This document shows, piece after piece, positions 18,654-30,108 of a stretch of 64,000 nt of DNA. Within the stretch, counting starts at the first letter, position 1; each line of letters opens with the position of its first letter. The notes beneath the pieces were generated by a model. It was not told where the DNA came from. It made no database searches and saw nothing but the letters and a program-made list of their open reading frames with translations. The stretch lies in the NCBI GenBank assembly GCA_963840855.1, contig CAWJBB010000053.1:20996-84995 (forward strand), given 5' to 3'. A program made the position numbers and the translations under genes. This DNA comes from an uncultured delta proteobacterium (GTDB lineage Bacteria > Desulfobacterota > Binatia > UBA9968).

Positions 18654-20138
18654 ATGGACCTTAAAAATCTTGCCAGCTTAAGCTTCTTTTGGCCGGAGCT
18701 CATCCTGTTCGGCACCATTCTCTTAATCAGCATGCTCGATCTGGTGATGCGTAATGGGCGCGCGTTGGCGTCGGTTGCCATCCTTGGCTGCGCAGCATCC
18801 CTCCTCGCTACTTTCGATCTTTATAGCGCCCAGCCCGGCTGGTTATTTTACCGAATGATCGTGCTCGACAACTTCGCTTTGTTTTTCAAAGTTGTCGCCC
18901 TGGCGGCAATTATCCTGACTATCTGGATGTCCCTCGGCAGCAAAGAGATCGATCAGGTTCACCAGGGCGAATACTATACATTGCTCTTGACCTGTGGCCT
19001 GGGAATGATTTTCATGGCTTCGGCGAGCAATTTACTGACTGCCTATCTGTCTTTGGAGCTGGTCAGTCTAACTTCATATGTTTTGACTGGATTCCTGCCC
19101 CACAGCCGCCGCTCCAGCGAAGCGGCGTTAAAATATCTCATTTACGGCGGCGTTGCTTCGGGCACGATGATCTACGGCATGAGCTGGATTTTCGGCATGA
19201 CGGGGAGCCTGGACTACGCCGCGATTCAAGTGGCGCTGGCGCAGAATCAAGTGAGCAAGGTCGCCTTGTTCATGGCCTTCGTATTTATAATGGCCGGCTT
19301 TGGTTACAAGATCGTCTTTGTGCCATTTCACATGTGGTCGCCCGATGTCTACCAGGGCGCGCCGACCCCTTTCACGGCTTTTCTTTCGGTGGCATCCAAT
19401 GCGGCAGGCATAGCCATCATGATCCGCTTTTTCTTTCCCGGCGTGTCGAACATGGGCGCCGACGGCCAATGGACCACCGCGGCGGGAGTGGAGTGGCCCC
19501 ATGTCTTGCTCTTCGTCAGCATGATCACCATGACCGTCGGCAATCTCAGCGCTTTGAATCAGAAAAATTTAAAACGCATGCTCGCATACTCCGGCATCGC
19601 CCACGCCGGCTACATGCTCATGGGGCTTGCGGTACTGACCAATGACGGTCTTCAGGCGATTCTTTTCTACGTCGTCGTCTATCTCATCATGAATCTTGGC
19701 GCGTTTCTCGTCGTGGTCATGATCGCCAACGCCACGGGCAACGAAGACATCGATAGTTACCGGGGCCTGGCTTGGCGCGGCGCGGTGGTTCCCGCGGTCT
19801 GTCTGGCGGTATTTCTCTTTTCGTTGACCGGTCTGCCGCCCTTTGCCGGATTTATCGGAAAATTTTTTCTATTCGCCGCCGTGCTCAAAGCAGGCGGTGT
19901 CTTTGTCATCCTCGCCCTGGTGGCGGTGGCCAACAGCGTCGTTTCGCTCTATTACTACGCGAAAGTGGTGAAAGTGATGTTCCTGGACACCCCTGACCCG
20001 AGCGACAAGGCCGTTGCCGTTGATGGAGGCAATTTCACTCTGCTCCTGCCGCTGACAGTGCTCACCGTGGTTTTCGGAATTTACTTCTATCCCCTGAGCC
20101 ACTACGCTAGCCAGTCGCTCCGCTTCTTCATGAAGTAG
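18654..20138 (+). CDS. nuoN: complex I subunit N
   Basis: EAALKY, PFHMWSPDVYQGAPTP, KRMLAYSGIAHAGY, SLTGLPP. Confidence 0.96.
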   Translation: MDLKNLASLSFFWPELILFGTILLISMLDLVMRNGRALASVAILGCAASLLATFDLYSAQPGWLFYRMIVLDNFALFFKVVALAAIILTIWMSLGSKEIDQVHQGEYYTLLLTCGLGMIFMASASNLLTAYLSLELVSLTSYVLTGFLPHSRRSSEAALKYLIYGGVASGTMIYGMSWIFGMTGSLDYAAIQVALAQNQVSKVALFMAFVFIMAGFGYKIVFVPFHMWSPDVYQGAPTPFTAFLSVASNAAGIAIMIRFFFPGVSNMGADGQWTTAAGVEWPHVLLFVSMITMTVGNLSALNQKNLKRMLAYSGIAHAGYMLMGLAVLTNDGLQAILFYVVVYLIMNLGAFLVVVMIANATGNEDIDSYRGLAWRGAVVPAVCLAVFLFSLTGLPPFAGFIGKFFLFAAVLKAGGVFVILALVAVANSVVSLYYYAKVVKVMFLDTPDPSDKAVAVDGGNFTLLLPLTVLTVVFGIYFYPLSHYASQSLRFFMK

Positions 20139-20159
20139 CGACTTGTGTTGCGAACAACC

Positions 20160-20319
20160 AAGGTGGCGAAGACCAAACGCGCCATCGTTCTTGACGAAGG
20201 CCCGATGCTTGGCGGAGTCTGCGCGGAAATCGCCGCACTCATCCAGGAAAATCTTTTCTCCGACTTGAAGGGGCCGGTCCTGCGCGTCGGCGCGCAGCCC
20301 ATTCCTCCTCCGCACAGTG
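20160..20319 (+). pseudogene. C-terminal fragment of a 2-oxoacid dehydrogenase E1 beta (transketolase C-terminal domain)
   Basis: VAKTKRAIVLDEG...GVCAEIAALIQENLFSDLKGPVLRVG; N-terminal domain and final helix absent. Confidence 0.75.
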
Positions 20320-20941
20320 CTACGTCATCGGGATCATGATATGCTTTTGGTATGGCAGGCGTTCGCACAGCCCTTTGTACCAGGCGTTCAAATGGTCAAA
20401 TTTGGGCTGCTCGATGGGCAGGTTAAACCAGCGGTAGGCCCATACTCCAGCCGGAATATCGCCGATGGTAAAAGCTGTCGCCCCCGAGATATGGGTTTCG
20501 CGCCAGTTGGTTTTCGACCATTTGCCAAGCAGCGCTGGATTTTTCCAGCGCGGTCTTCACGGCATTCGGGTCGCGCTTGTCTGCCGGGGTGCGGATAAGA
20601 TTCCAGAACAACGGCACTATGGATGGGTTGAGCACTGAAAGCTGCCAGTCCATCCAGCGATTAGCGCTCGCCCTGCCTTCGGGCGTCGATGGCAGCAGCC
20701 GGCCTTGGCCGTATTTTTCGTTGAGGTAGCGCATGATGCTGTTCGATTCCCAGAGGATGAAATCGCCGTCCTGTATGGTTGGCACGAGCCCGTTGGGGTT
20801 CATATCCAAATAGGCTTTTTCCTTGTTACCGCCGAATTTTCCTCCCACGTCGAACCGTTCGAATTCAAGCCCCAGCTCGCCTAGGCACCACAGCACCTTT
20901 TGTACGTTGGATGAGTCCGTCCTGCCCCAGATTTTTATCAT
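20320..20941 (-). CDS. glutathione S-transferase (GstB-like), +1 frameshift near 20470
   Basis: WGRTDSSNVQKV, NPNGLVP, WESNSI; removing one T from a T4 run restores FTIGDIPAGVWAYRW...IMIPMT-stop at 20320. Confidence 0.88.
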
Positions 20942-21099
20942 AAGATCCTCCCAATCCGCGGATTACCGGTCAGTGATGCTCTTATCATTCTTCGATTCTC
21001 AAAGGTAGGCCTGCGGGGCCGCCGCTACAACAAATGGTCCCGACGGGTCTATCGTTTCAATATTTTATTTGTTATGAAAAGGGACATTTTTGAGAAGGG

Positions 21100-21501
21100 A
21101 TGGCACCTATGAGTTTGCGTTGGCTCGGATATCTTGCAGGTCTGGCATACTGGATCGCCCTTAGCGGTGCGGCTCAGGCCCAAACCGTTGCGGAAGGCAA
21201 AAGTCTTTACACTAGTTACTGTGCGGCCTGCCACGGCGATCAGGGTAAGGGGGATGGCGTCGCCGCTCGTTCCTTGCCGGTGAAACCCGCCGATCACACT
21301 AATGGCGCCGTTATGAATCAGTTTTCGGATAAGTTCTTGACGGACATCATTACCAAGGGTGGCAGTGCCGTGAACAAATCGGCTTTTATGCCCGCCTGGG
21401 GAAGCTCGCTGAACAATAAACAGGTTTCCGATATCGTCGCCTACATGAGGAGCATTGCCAATCCGCCCTATAATAAGGCGGAAAAAACCGGTGTAAAATA
21501 G
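21100..21501 (+). CDS. periplasmic monoheme cytochrome c
   Basis: signal peptide, CAACH, distal MPAW. Confidence 0.92.
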   Translation: MAPMSLRWLGYLAGLAYWIALSGAAQAQTVAEGKSLYTSYCAACHGDQGKGDGVAARSLPVKPADHTNGAVMNQFSDKFLTDIITKGGSAVNKSAFMPAWGSSLNNKQVSDIVAYMRSIANPPYNKAEKTGVK

Positions 21502-21520
21502 AATTTTTTCTCTTCCCCCC

Positions 21521-21548
21521 TTGACGAATGCCCAAGTGGGATTAAATT
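21521..21548 (+). promoter_or_regulatory. putative sigma-70 promoter for groESL
   Basis: TTGACG-16 nt-TAAATT. Confidence 0.45.
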
Positions 21549-21607
21549 GGGCGCATCCAACCTGCCCCTAGGGCATGTCAATCTACGTTCTATTTCAGGA
21601 GGGTTAT

Positions 21608-21898
21608 ATGGCTGTAAAGTTTCGTCCCCTACATGATAGGGTGATTGTAAAGCGCATCCAGGAAGAGGAAAAAACCGCCGGGGGAATCTTTATTCCCGAC
21701 ACCGCCAAAGAAAAGCCCCAGGAGGGCAAGGTCGTTGCGGTGGGCCCCGGCAAGCACGAAGACGGAAAAGTCATTCCATTGGGGGTGAAAGCGGGCGACA
21801 AGATCCTCTTCGGAAAGTATTCGGGCGCGGAAATCAAACTAGACGGCGAGGAACATCTGATCATGCGGGAAGATGACATCCTCGGAATCATTGAATAA
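21608..21898 (+). CDS. groES: co-chaperonin GroES
   Basis: [24 protein letters not shown]; GGAGG RBS before ATG 21608. Confidence 0.97.
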   Translation: MAVKFRPLHDRVIVKRIQEEEKTAGGIFIPDTAKEKPQEGKVVAVGPGKHEDGKVIPLGVKAGDKILFGKYSGAEIKLDGEEHLIMREDDILGIIE

Positions 21899-23536
<1,638 letters not shown>

Positions 23537-23560
23537 GCTGATTGGTTTGTTGGCTGATGC

Positions 23561-23595
23561 AAAAAGGGCGCTTGGGAAGCCATGCGCCCTTTTTT
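23561..23595 (+). terminator. intrinsic terminator after groEL
   Basis: AAAAAGGGCGC...GCGCCCTTTTT hairpin with U tail. Confidence 0.8.
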
Positions 23596-23810
23596 ATTGG
23601 TGCTTTCGCTGAACCTTTCAGTGAATCACTAAAATCCGGTAACGTTAACATCGCTTGTTTTGAGCGGAACGATTCTGGTTCTTACACCGCAGGATGGGTT
23701 GAGCCCTACGATACTGCTCTCACGTTTGTCAAAAACTGCAATCGATTGGGAGTGTTTTTGAGCAAATCTTCGCCTATGGTTCGTGCTGTTGGCGGTGTTA
23801 TAAGAATGGA

Positions 23811-23837
23811 AAAGGGGAAGCACTTGGCTTCCCCTTT
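23811..23837 (-). terminator. intrinsic terminator after hsp20
   Basis: AAAGGGGAAGC-acttg-GCTTCCCCTTT. Confidence 0.8.
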
Positions 23838-23862
23838 GTTCCGGTTTGGCCGATTGAAGCGA

Positions 23863-24309
23863 TTAGTTCAAGCTTATGGCGATCTGTCGTGGCTTGGCCT
23901 CTTCGGCTTTGGGAACTTGTATTTCAAGTATCCCATCCCGATAGGTCGCTCTGATGCCGTCGTGTTTCACGGTTTGCGGCAGGTAGAAGGATCGAGAAAA
24001 TTTACCTGCAACTCGCTCGGCCCGGTGGTACTGGACGCCATCGGCCGGCTCTTCAAACTTTCTCTCGCCACTGAGCGTCAAGGTCCCTTCGTTCACTTCC
24101 GTTTTGAGGTCCTCCTTTTTCATCCCCGGCAGCTCGACGCGAATGAGATACGAATCCTTACTTTCCAGAATGTCCACAGGAGGATACCAGCCTCCAGTGG
24201 CGGCACTCTGTTGCGCCCGTGTCCGACCGAACATGTCGTCGAACAAATCATTGATCCGGGACTGAACTCTGTTCACACCCTCAAATGGTTCCCATCTTAC
24301 TAATTCCAT
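23863..24309 (-). CDS. Hsp20/alpha-crystallin small heat shock protein
   Basis: WYPPVDI, ELPG, GKFSRSFYLP, ATYRDGILEI; ATG 24309 with GGAGG RBS. Confidence 0.95.
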   Translation of the reverse strand: MELVRWEPFEGVNRVQSRINDLFDDMFGRTRAQQSAATGGWYPPVDILESKDSYLIRVELPGMKKEDLKTEVNEGTLTLSGERKFEEPADGVQYHRAERVAGKFSRSFYLPQTVKHDGIRATYRDGILEIQVPKAEEAKPRQIAISLN

Positions 24310-24346
24310 AAATAACCCTCCTTGCACATTTTTTACTGACACAAAG

Positions 24347-24375
24347 AACCTAAGCACCGCATCCATGTCTGTCAA
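24347..24375 (-). promoter_or_regulatory. sigma-70 promoter for hsp20
   Basis: minus strand TTGACA-17 nt-TAGGTT. Confidence 0.6.
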
Positions 24376-24605
24376 GCCCCGGTGTTGATATTTCAAGCGC
24401 AACTTACAGTCGGACGGGTCTCTCTATCTAGTTCACCAATTGCGCGTGCTTTCTTCGTCTTGGAAAATAGCTCTTCGTGGTGCTATGAAGTAAATGCTTC
24501 GGCGTCAGGATGGACCTGCTTCTCGATCTGTAGCTTGGCTATTCTTTAATAGGCCAAACCCAAGCCAGGTCTGCCGGGACGCAGTCGCTACGGAGGTTAG
24601 TCATC

Positions 24606-25741
24606 ATGCCGAAGGAAGCCATTAGATCTTCGCGCCGTTCCGGTTGGTTTTACTTTTGGGCTGTGGCAGCGGTTTCTTTGATCACGGTTTTGATCGCGAA
24701 GCAATCCTGGATCGGCGGCGCTTCGCTCAATGACCCGCGGGCTGCGGCGCGAGCGGTGACGGCGCGCGGCGAGCTTTTCACCGACGAGAAATCGACCATT
24801 AGTTTATTCAAACAGGCGTCTCCTTCGGTGGTGCATATCACGGCAATCACCGTGCAGCGGGATTTCTTTTCACTCAACCTTTATCAAATTCCCGAAGGCA
24901 CCGGGTCCGGATTCGTTTGGGACACAAACGGCAACATCATCACCAATTTTCACGTGATTCAAAACGCCGATGCCGCGCAGGTGACGTTGGCCGATCAATC
25001 TGCCTGGAAAGCGCGCCGCGTCGGCGCAGCGCCGGACAAAGACTTGGCGGTCTTGCGCATCGACGCGCCGGCGAACCGGCTCAAGGCGATTCCACTGGGA
25101 ACGTCGAAAGACCTGCAAGTCGGCCAGAGAGTTTTTGCCATCGGTAATCCGTTCGGTCTCGACCAGTCTCTGACCACGGGAGTAATCAGCGCGCTGGGCC
25201 GGGAGATCGAGTCCGTGACGCGGCGGCCAATTCAAGGCGTCATTCAGACCGACGCCGCGATCAATCCGGGCAACTCAGGAGGACCGTTGCTCGACAGCGC
25301 CGGCAGATTGATCGGCGTGAATACCGCTATCTACAGCCCGTCCGGAGGATCGGCGGGGATCGGCTTTGCGATCCCGGCGGACACGGTGAATCGCATCGTG
25401 CCCGAGTTGATTCGTTACGGGAAAATATCCGGCCGGGATTGGGAATTCAAATCGCCGAAGAGCAGATCGCCGAGCGGCTCGGCGTGCCCGGCGTATTGGT
25501 CGTCGATGTCATCGCCGGTAGCGCGGCCGCCAAAGCCGGCATCCGTCCGACGCGGCGCGAAGCTTCGGGCAGCGTCCGTCTGGGCGACGTCATCACCGCC
25601 GTCGACGGCAGGAAGACGGAATCGCCGAACGAACTATTTCTCGCCCTCGAGAAATACCGTGTCGGCGACGCCGTAAACGTCACCTTGCTGCGCGACGGCA
25701 AAACGGTTCAAACCAAGATAACTTTGGAAGCCGTACAGTAG
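24606..25741 (+). CDS. HtrA/DegP-family serine protease with one PDZ domain; -1 frameshift near 25426
   Basis: TNFHVI, DLAVL, GNSGGP; PDZ (RPGLGI...GDVITAVDG) continues in the other frame. Confidence 0.9.
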
Positions 25742-25777
25742 CCAGCGCGCCGCGTGGAGCGGTGCGATTGGCGTGGC

Positions 25778-25925
25778 CTACAGCGGCCTGATTTGCATCT
25801 TGCGGAACCTCACCACTCCTCTGCCCCACTGAAGGGCGATGGGCCCGCTGGCAAACTTGCTGTCCTGGACATCGACGGTCTGGATGCCATTGAGCATGAC
25901 GGTAAGGCGCGGGCCTTTAACCGTG
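25778..25925 (-). pseudogene. C-terminal fragment of DUF1080 / 3-keto-disaccharide hydrolase
   Basis: TVKGPRLTVMLNG...SGPIALQ...VRFRKMQIRPL; upstream part unrelated. Confidence 0.7.
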
Positions 25926-26045
25926 GGGTCTGACGAGCCAGCGGGCGGTCCCTTCTTTCCGCACCTCGTCCGTTTGGCCAACGGCTTTTTTGGCTTACGG
26001 ACGGCGCTGGATAATTGGCTAAATTTATCGTAATCATGCTCCATC

Positions 26046-26564
26046 ATGGCGATGGTTTCCGACTTTTTGCATAAGGTGACCTTATTTCAGGATCTCGACG
26101 GGCCCACCCTCGCGACGCTTACCTCGCTCTTGGCTCTGAAGAAGATCAAAGCGGGGGACACGATCTTTCGTGAAATGGATACCTCGGATGCGCTTTACGT
26201 CGTGGAGCGGGGGACGGTTGTGGTAAGCAAACATGTTCACGGCGATGTGGATGTCGTTATAACCCGCTTTCATCCCGGTGACTTTTTTGGCGAGATGGGA
26301 TTATTCGACGCCGGGCCCCGTTCCGCATCGGCGCAGGCCGAGATCGATACTCTCGTATGGCTGCTTCGGCGCGATGCCTTCCATCAAATCATGTCAGATC
26401 ACGCGGAGATAGCCGCAAAGATCTGTTACCGGCTAGTGGGTGTTTTTATTCAGCGCCTGCGTGCCACCAATGAACAGGCGCGTGAGGCGATCCGGTGGGG
26501 GCTGGAAGCCACCGGTTATTCCCCTACGACTGACCCGGTACTGCTCGGCCGCAAATCCACATAA
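26046..26564 (+). CDS. stand-alone cyclic nucleotide-binding domain protein
   Basis: IFRE, LYVVERG, FFGEMGLFDAGPRSASA phosphate-binding cassette; no HTH. Confidence 0.9.
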   Translation: MAMVSDFLHKVTLFQDLDGPTLATLTSLLALKKIKAGDTIFREMDTSDALYVVERGTVVVSKHVHGDVDVVITRFHPGDFFGEMGLFDAGPRSASAQAEIDTLVWLLRRDAFHQIMSDHAEIAAKICYRLVGVFIQRLRATNEQAREAIRWGLEATGYSPTTDPVLLGRKST

Positions 26565-26570
26565 CTTCCG

Positions 26571-27807
26571 ATGCCCGATCCGGCGAAACTTGAACTTTTA
26601 ACACGCACCCCCGGCGAGAGTGGCTTCCAAGTCCATGAGGTGGAAAGCAGCCAGGCTCACCTGCTTTTCAAGCCTAAACGTTTGCCGCAGTCGGAATGGG
26701 AGCTCACGCGCTCAGCCGCGCGGCCCCGACGGTTCCCGGAACTATACCCTGCGAAGTTTCCGGCGTGACCGTTACCTTCTGCTCAGCCCAAGGGAAAACT
26801 TTCTCTGGGAACTCTTTGACGGCAATCATTCGCTCACCGAGATTGGCAAAGCCTTTCATTTTCAGTTCGGTGCTTTCGACTACGGCGTGATCCGGCAATT
26901 TCTGGCGAAACTCTACCACGCCGGACTTCTCGAAGAGATTGCCGCCGCCTCCGATTTTCACCGGTCTCGTCCAGACAAGCAACGCCGCTGGTGGACACGA
27001 GCCGTCAATTCTCTCCTTAGGCTCCGGTCTCGGCTCTCTTTCAAATTAGTCAACGCCGACCGGTATTGCGCGCTGCTTTTCAATCGTGGTGGTTTTTTGC
27101 TCTTTCACCCCATCGCTTTCTGGGCGAGCATTATTTTCACGGCGATTGCGCTGTTTGCCGTTAGTCGCCTCGCGCCTCAAGCCCGAGAAATTTCCCTGCG
27201 CCTGGCCGCTTGGCCGCTACTTGTCACGACAATCATAATCGCTCTGCTCCCAATCGTGTCCATGCTCCACGTCTTGGTTCACGCACTCGCTTGTAAGTCC
27301 TACGGCCGAAAGGTGCGCGAGATGGGCTTTTTCATGTTACAGGGGATCGTCCCGACATTTTACGCCGATGTCACGGATATCTTCATGTCGAGCCGACGGG
27401 CTCGGGTGGTTGTGGATCTGGCCGGGCCGATGGTTGAGGTGGTACTCGGAAGTCTTGCGTTCATATGCGCCTATTGGTCGACGCCTGGGTTCGGGCAGTC
27501 CTTGTTTTTCGGCGCGGGCATCTTGCTTTGGGAAGGCGCCGTAATCAATCTCTACCCGTTCAGCTTCCTTGAATTGGACGGTTACAACATACTTTCGGAT
27601 CTTTTAGCTATGCCGACGCTCAGACGACAAGCCCTGGCGCTCTATCCCACCCTGCCACGCCGATTTCGAACCGGTGAGATGTTGCGAAGGTCTGAATGGA
27701 TACTACTGGGATACCTCGGCCTCTGCCTTGTCTCCGTGCTCGTTTATCTTGTGATGCATCTGGATGTTATCGGCATTGAAATAAGTGATTGGCGCTTCAC
27801 GGGTTGA
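26571..27807 (+). CDS. PqqD/RRE-like domain plus M50-like membrane protein with degenerate HExxH; +1 frameshift near 26720
   Basis: FLWELFDGNHSLTEI...LAKLYHAGLL; HVLVH; YADVTD; AGP; NLYPF..LDGY; ATG 26571 follows the cNMP gene by 6 nt. Confidence 0.7.
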
Positions 27808-27866
27808 CGATTCGATGGCGACTTCATAGTGTGCGGCAAAGCACTTCTGCAATTCCGGAGGCAGTT

Positions 27867-28880
27867 ATGGCGGAAAAGAATGAACAATATGTCGAACATT
27901 GGGGCCGGGAAGGCTTCTACGGCGATGGTGTCAATGTCATTCGCCCGCGCCATGTGCCGGACTATATTTCGGTTAAGGGTCCCCACGCTCCGCATCGCCT
28001 GAGAATAGCAGATGTTTCGGTGGCGGATCGTGGCGAGCCGGAGGCTCTGCCGATGCCGATTCTCTCAGCGCGCTCGGGCGTCCAGCTGAGTATCTGCCGC
28101 AGCGAGCGACCCATGCCGTTCATTGTGTCTAATGTCGAAGCCGATGAAGTCCATTTTATACAAGAGGGCGAAATCGGTTTTGCCACCGCATACGGGAATA
28201 TCACCGGCGTGCCGGGCGACTTCGTGTTCATACCTAGAGCGGTGCCGTATAGCGCCCGGCCATTGCGCGGGCCAAGCCTATCGGTGATCGTGGAAACTCC
28301 GGGAGCGATGCGATTTGACGCGGCGCCACCGTTCTCCGCCGAGAGCGAGGCTGCGATTCTCGAGAGCTCAGAGTGCCGCGAAGGTGAAACGATTTTGCTG
28401 GTAAAATCGTTCGACGGCGTGACGCGCTACGTCAAACCGCACAATGTATTAGCGGCTGTATCCATGAACGGCGGGACTAACCCGGTGTGGAAAATGAACC
28501 TGAAAAACATCCCACCGAATGAAGCCGGCCATCCGACTCAATTCGCCGCCTCGCCAAACAAAGACGAATTGCTCTATACCCTCAGTGCGAGGCACCGCAG
28601 GCGGCCGCCGATCCATTACAACGCGGACTACGATGAGGTCATCCTTTATTTTTCAGGCCCTGGCGCGTGGGGAGGGGTTAAGGACCCAGGAACTTTGACT
28701 TGGGTGCCAAAAGGCATAGCTCACCACGGGCCGTCGGAGGATGTGGCCGAGGGCTACCACGCGTGGATGCTGGAATCGCGTTCGACGTTGCGGCTTACAG
28801 ACGCCGGACTCAAAGTCGCGCAGCTGATGGAGCTCGATATGTATGGTCCGCATCCATCGAGCGGCGGGGCGGTCGTCTAA
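27867..28880 (+). CDS. homogentisate 1,2-dioxygenase-like bicupin
   Basis: GREGFYG, NVEADEVHF, HYNADYDEV, HHGP; GGAGG RBS before ATG 27867. Confidence 0.7.
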   Translation: MAEKNEQYVEHWGREGFYGDGVNVIRPRHVPDYISVKGPHAPHRLRIADVSVADRGEPEALPMPILSARSGVQLSICRSERPMPFIVSNVEADEVHFIQEGEIGFATAYGNITGVPGDFVFIPRAVPYSARPLRGPSLSVIVETPGAMRFDAAPPFSAESEAAILESSECREGETILLVKSFDGVTRYVKPHNVLAAVSMNGGTNPVWKMNLKNIPPNEAGHPTQFAASPNKDELLYTLSARHRRRPPIHYNADYDEVILYFSGPGAWGGVKDPGTLTWVPKGIAHHGPSEDVAEGYHAWMLESRSTLRLTDAGLKVAQLMELDMYGPHPSSGGAVV

Positions 28881-28987
28881 AATACTAAACTTGACGGATT
28901 GTAGAATTTTGGGCGATACGCTGGATACTAGGCCGTTGAACAGGTTGCGAGATCGCTGATTTCGTGAAGTTCATTTAATAATAGTGC

Positions 28988-30094
28988 TTATGGGTTGAAC
29001 GGCACCCACCGCTCCGCTCCAGCCCGGATGCCGTAACGCGTCGGATCCAAAAGGTGCCACGCCGGGATCGCGTGTCCAAAAGCAAGGTTATTCTCGAACT
29101 TGCCGGCGATGTGCATGCCGATCAGAAGCCCGCGGTCGTCGGACGATATGAGCGGCGATCCGCTCTGACCCATCCGGGTACGCGATTCGAGCTCAGAGAA
29201 AATGAGACTTTCGTGGATGACATCTCTTGCGCGCGGCATACTGTAGTCGATGGAAGGCTGAAAAAAGCCGCGAAGCTTGGCTCGGATGCGTTTGCCTACG
29301 ACACACACATCATATTCGGCCGGGACATCTTCTTCCGACCGCGCCCAATCGAGTATCTTGACGCTGCCCAGCGTTTGGCGCAGTGCCTCCAGATCTTTGA
29401 CGATCGCAATCTGGGCATCGTGGCTCAATCTGGGGCCGTCCCCGAGCCGGCCTTTGACGTTGATGGTGTTCCCGAGGTTCAGTCCGCTGCTGGCGAGATC
29501 GACGGACGCGCCGAGGACATCGTCGGGGTGGAAAATCTTTGATAAGCTGAAGACATGCCGGCAGCTTATGGCGAAGGGGCGGTCGCCGAACGCCGATCGA
29601 TGCATGGCGCAGGTGACGCTCCCGAGAGATTCTTCTCCGTCTGACTTTGCAAGTATCTGATCGCCCAGCGCCTGAGGCTTGAAGCCCGCGTGGATCGAGG
29701 CATCGTCGACGTCGGTCGGCACGGCGCAGCGCTTGCGCTTGCCGCGCACGCGCCAATAAGCGAAAAGATGGGTGGGGAGCATCTCCTCCTCGTTCTCCTC
29801 GGAGGCTCTAACCCATTTGTGCTTAACCACGAAGATAACAGAGGGGATGCGGACGAGGCGCCGCCGGCCGGTTCTTTTTTGGCGCTTCCATTTATAGCCG
29901 ATGGCGACGTCGATCACATTGCGATACGCCCGGCAGAGCTCGGCGCCGCGCGTTTCGACGAGTTCCTGAACCAGCCGGAGTTGATCGGCGCGGCTCAGCT
30001 CCTTGAGGAAGACGTTGCGAGCTGTAGCGTTGTCCAGCGGCCTCCGCCGACGCGTTCTGCTTTCGGTTCTTCGCATCCAATCCTTACGATTCAT
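28988..30094 (-). CDS. Nal1-like trypsin-fold serine protease
   Basis: NVIDVAIGYK...VPTDV pro-region; SCRHVF, HDAQIA, GQSGS, IGMHIAG. Confidence 0.65.
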   Translation of the reverse strand: MNRKDWMRRTESRTRRRRPLDNATARNVFLKELSRADQLRLVQELVETRGAELCRAYRNVIDVAIGYKWKRQKRTGRRRLVRIPSVIFVVKHKWVRASEENEEEMLPTHLFAYWRVRGKRKRCAVPTDVDDASIHAGFKPQALGDQILAKSDGEESLGSVTCAMHRSAFGDRPFAISCRHVFSLSKIFHPDDVLGASVDLASSGLNLGNTINVKGRLGDGPRLSHDAQIAIVKDLEALRQTLGSVKILDWARSEEDVPAEYDVCVVGKRIRAKLRGFFQPSIDYSMPRARDVIHESLIFSELESRTRMGQSGSPLISSDDRGLLIGMHIAGKFENNLAFGHAIPAWHLLDPTRYGIRAGAERWVPFNP

Positions 30095-30108
30095 ATAGCC
30101 AAGTGCAT

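Noticed and set aside
23542-24303. 253-aa ORF on + strand
   Set aside because: Antisense shadow of hsp20 that crosses two terminators; no motifs.
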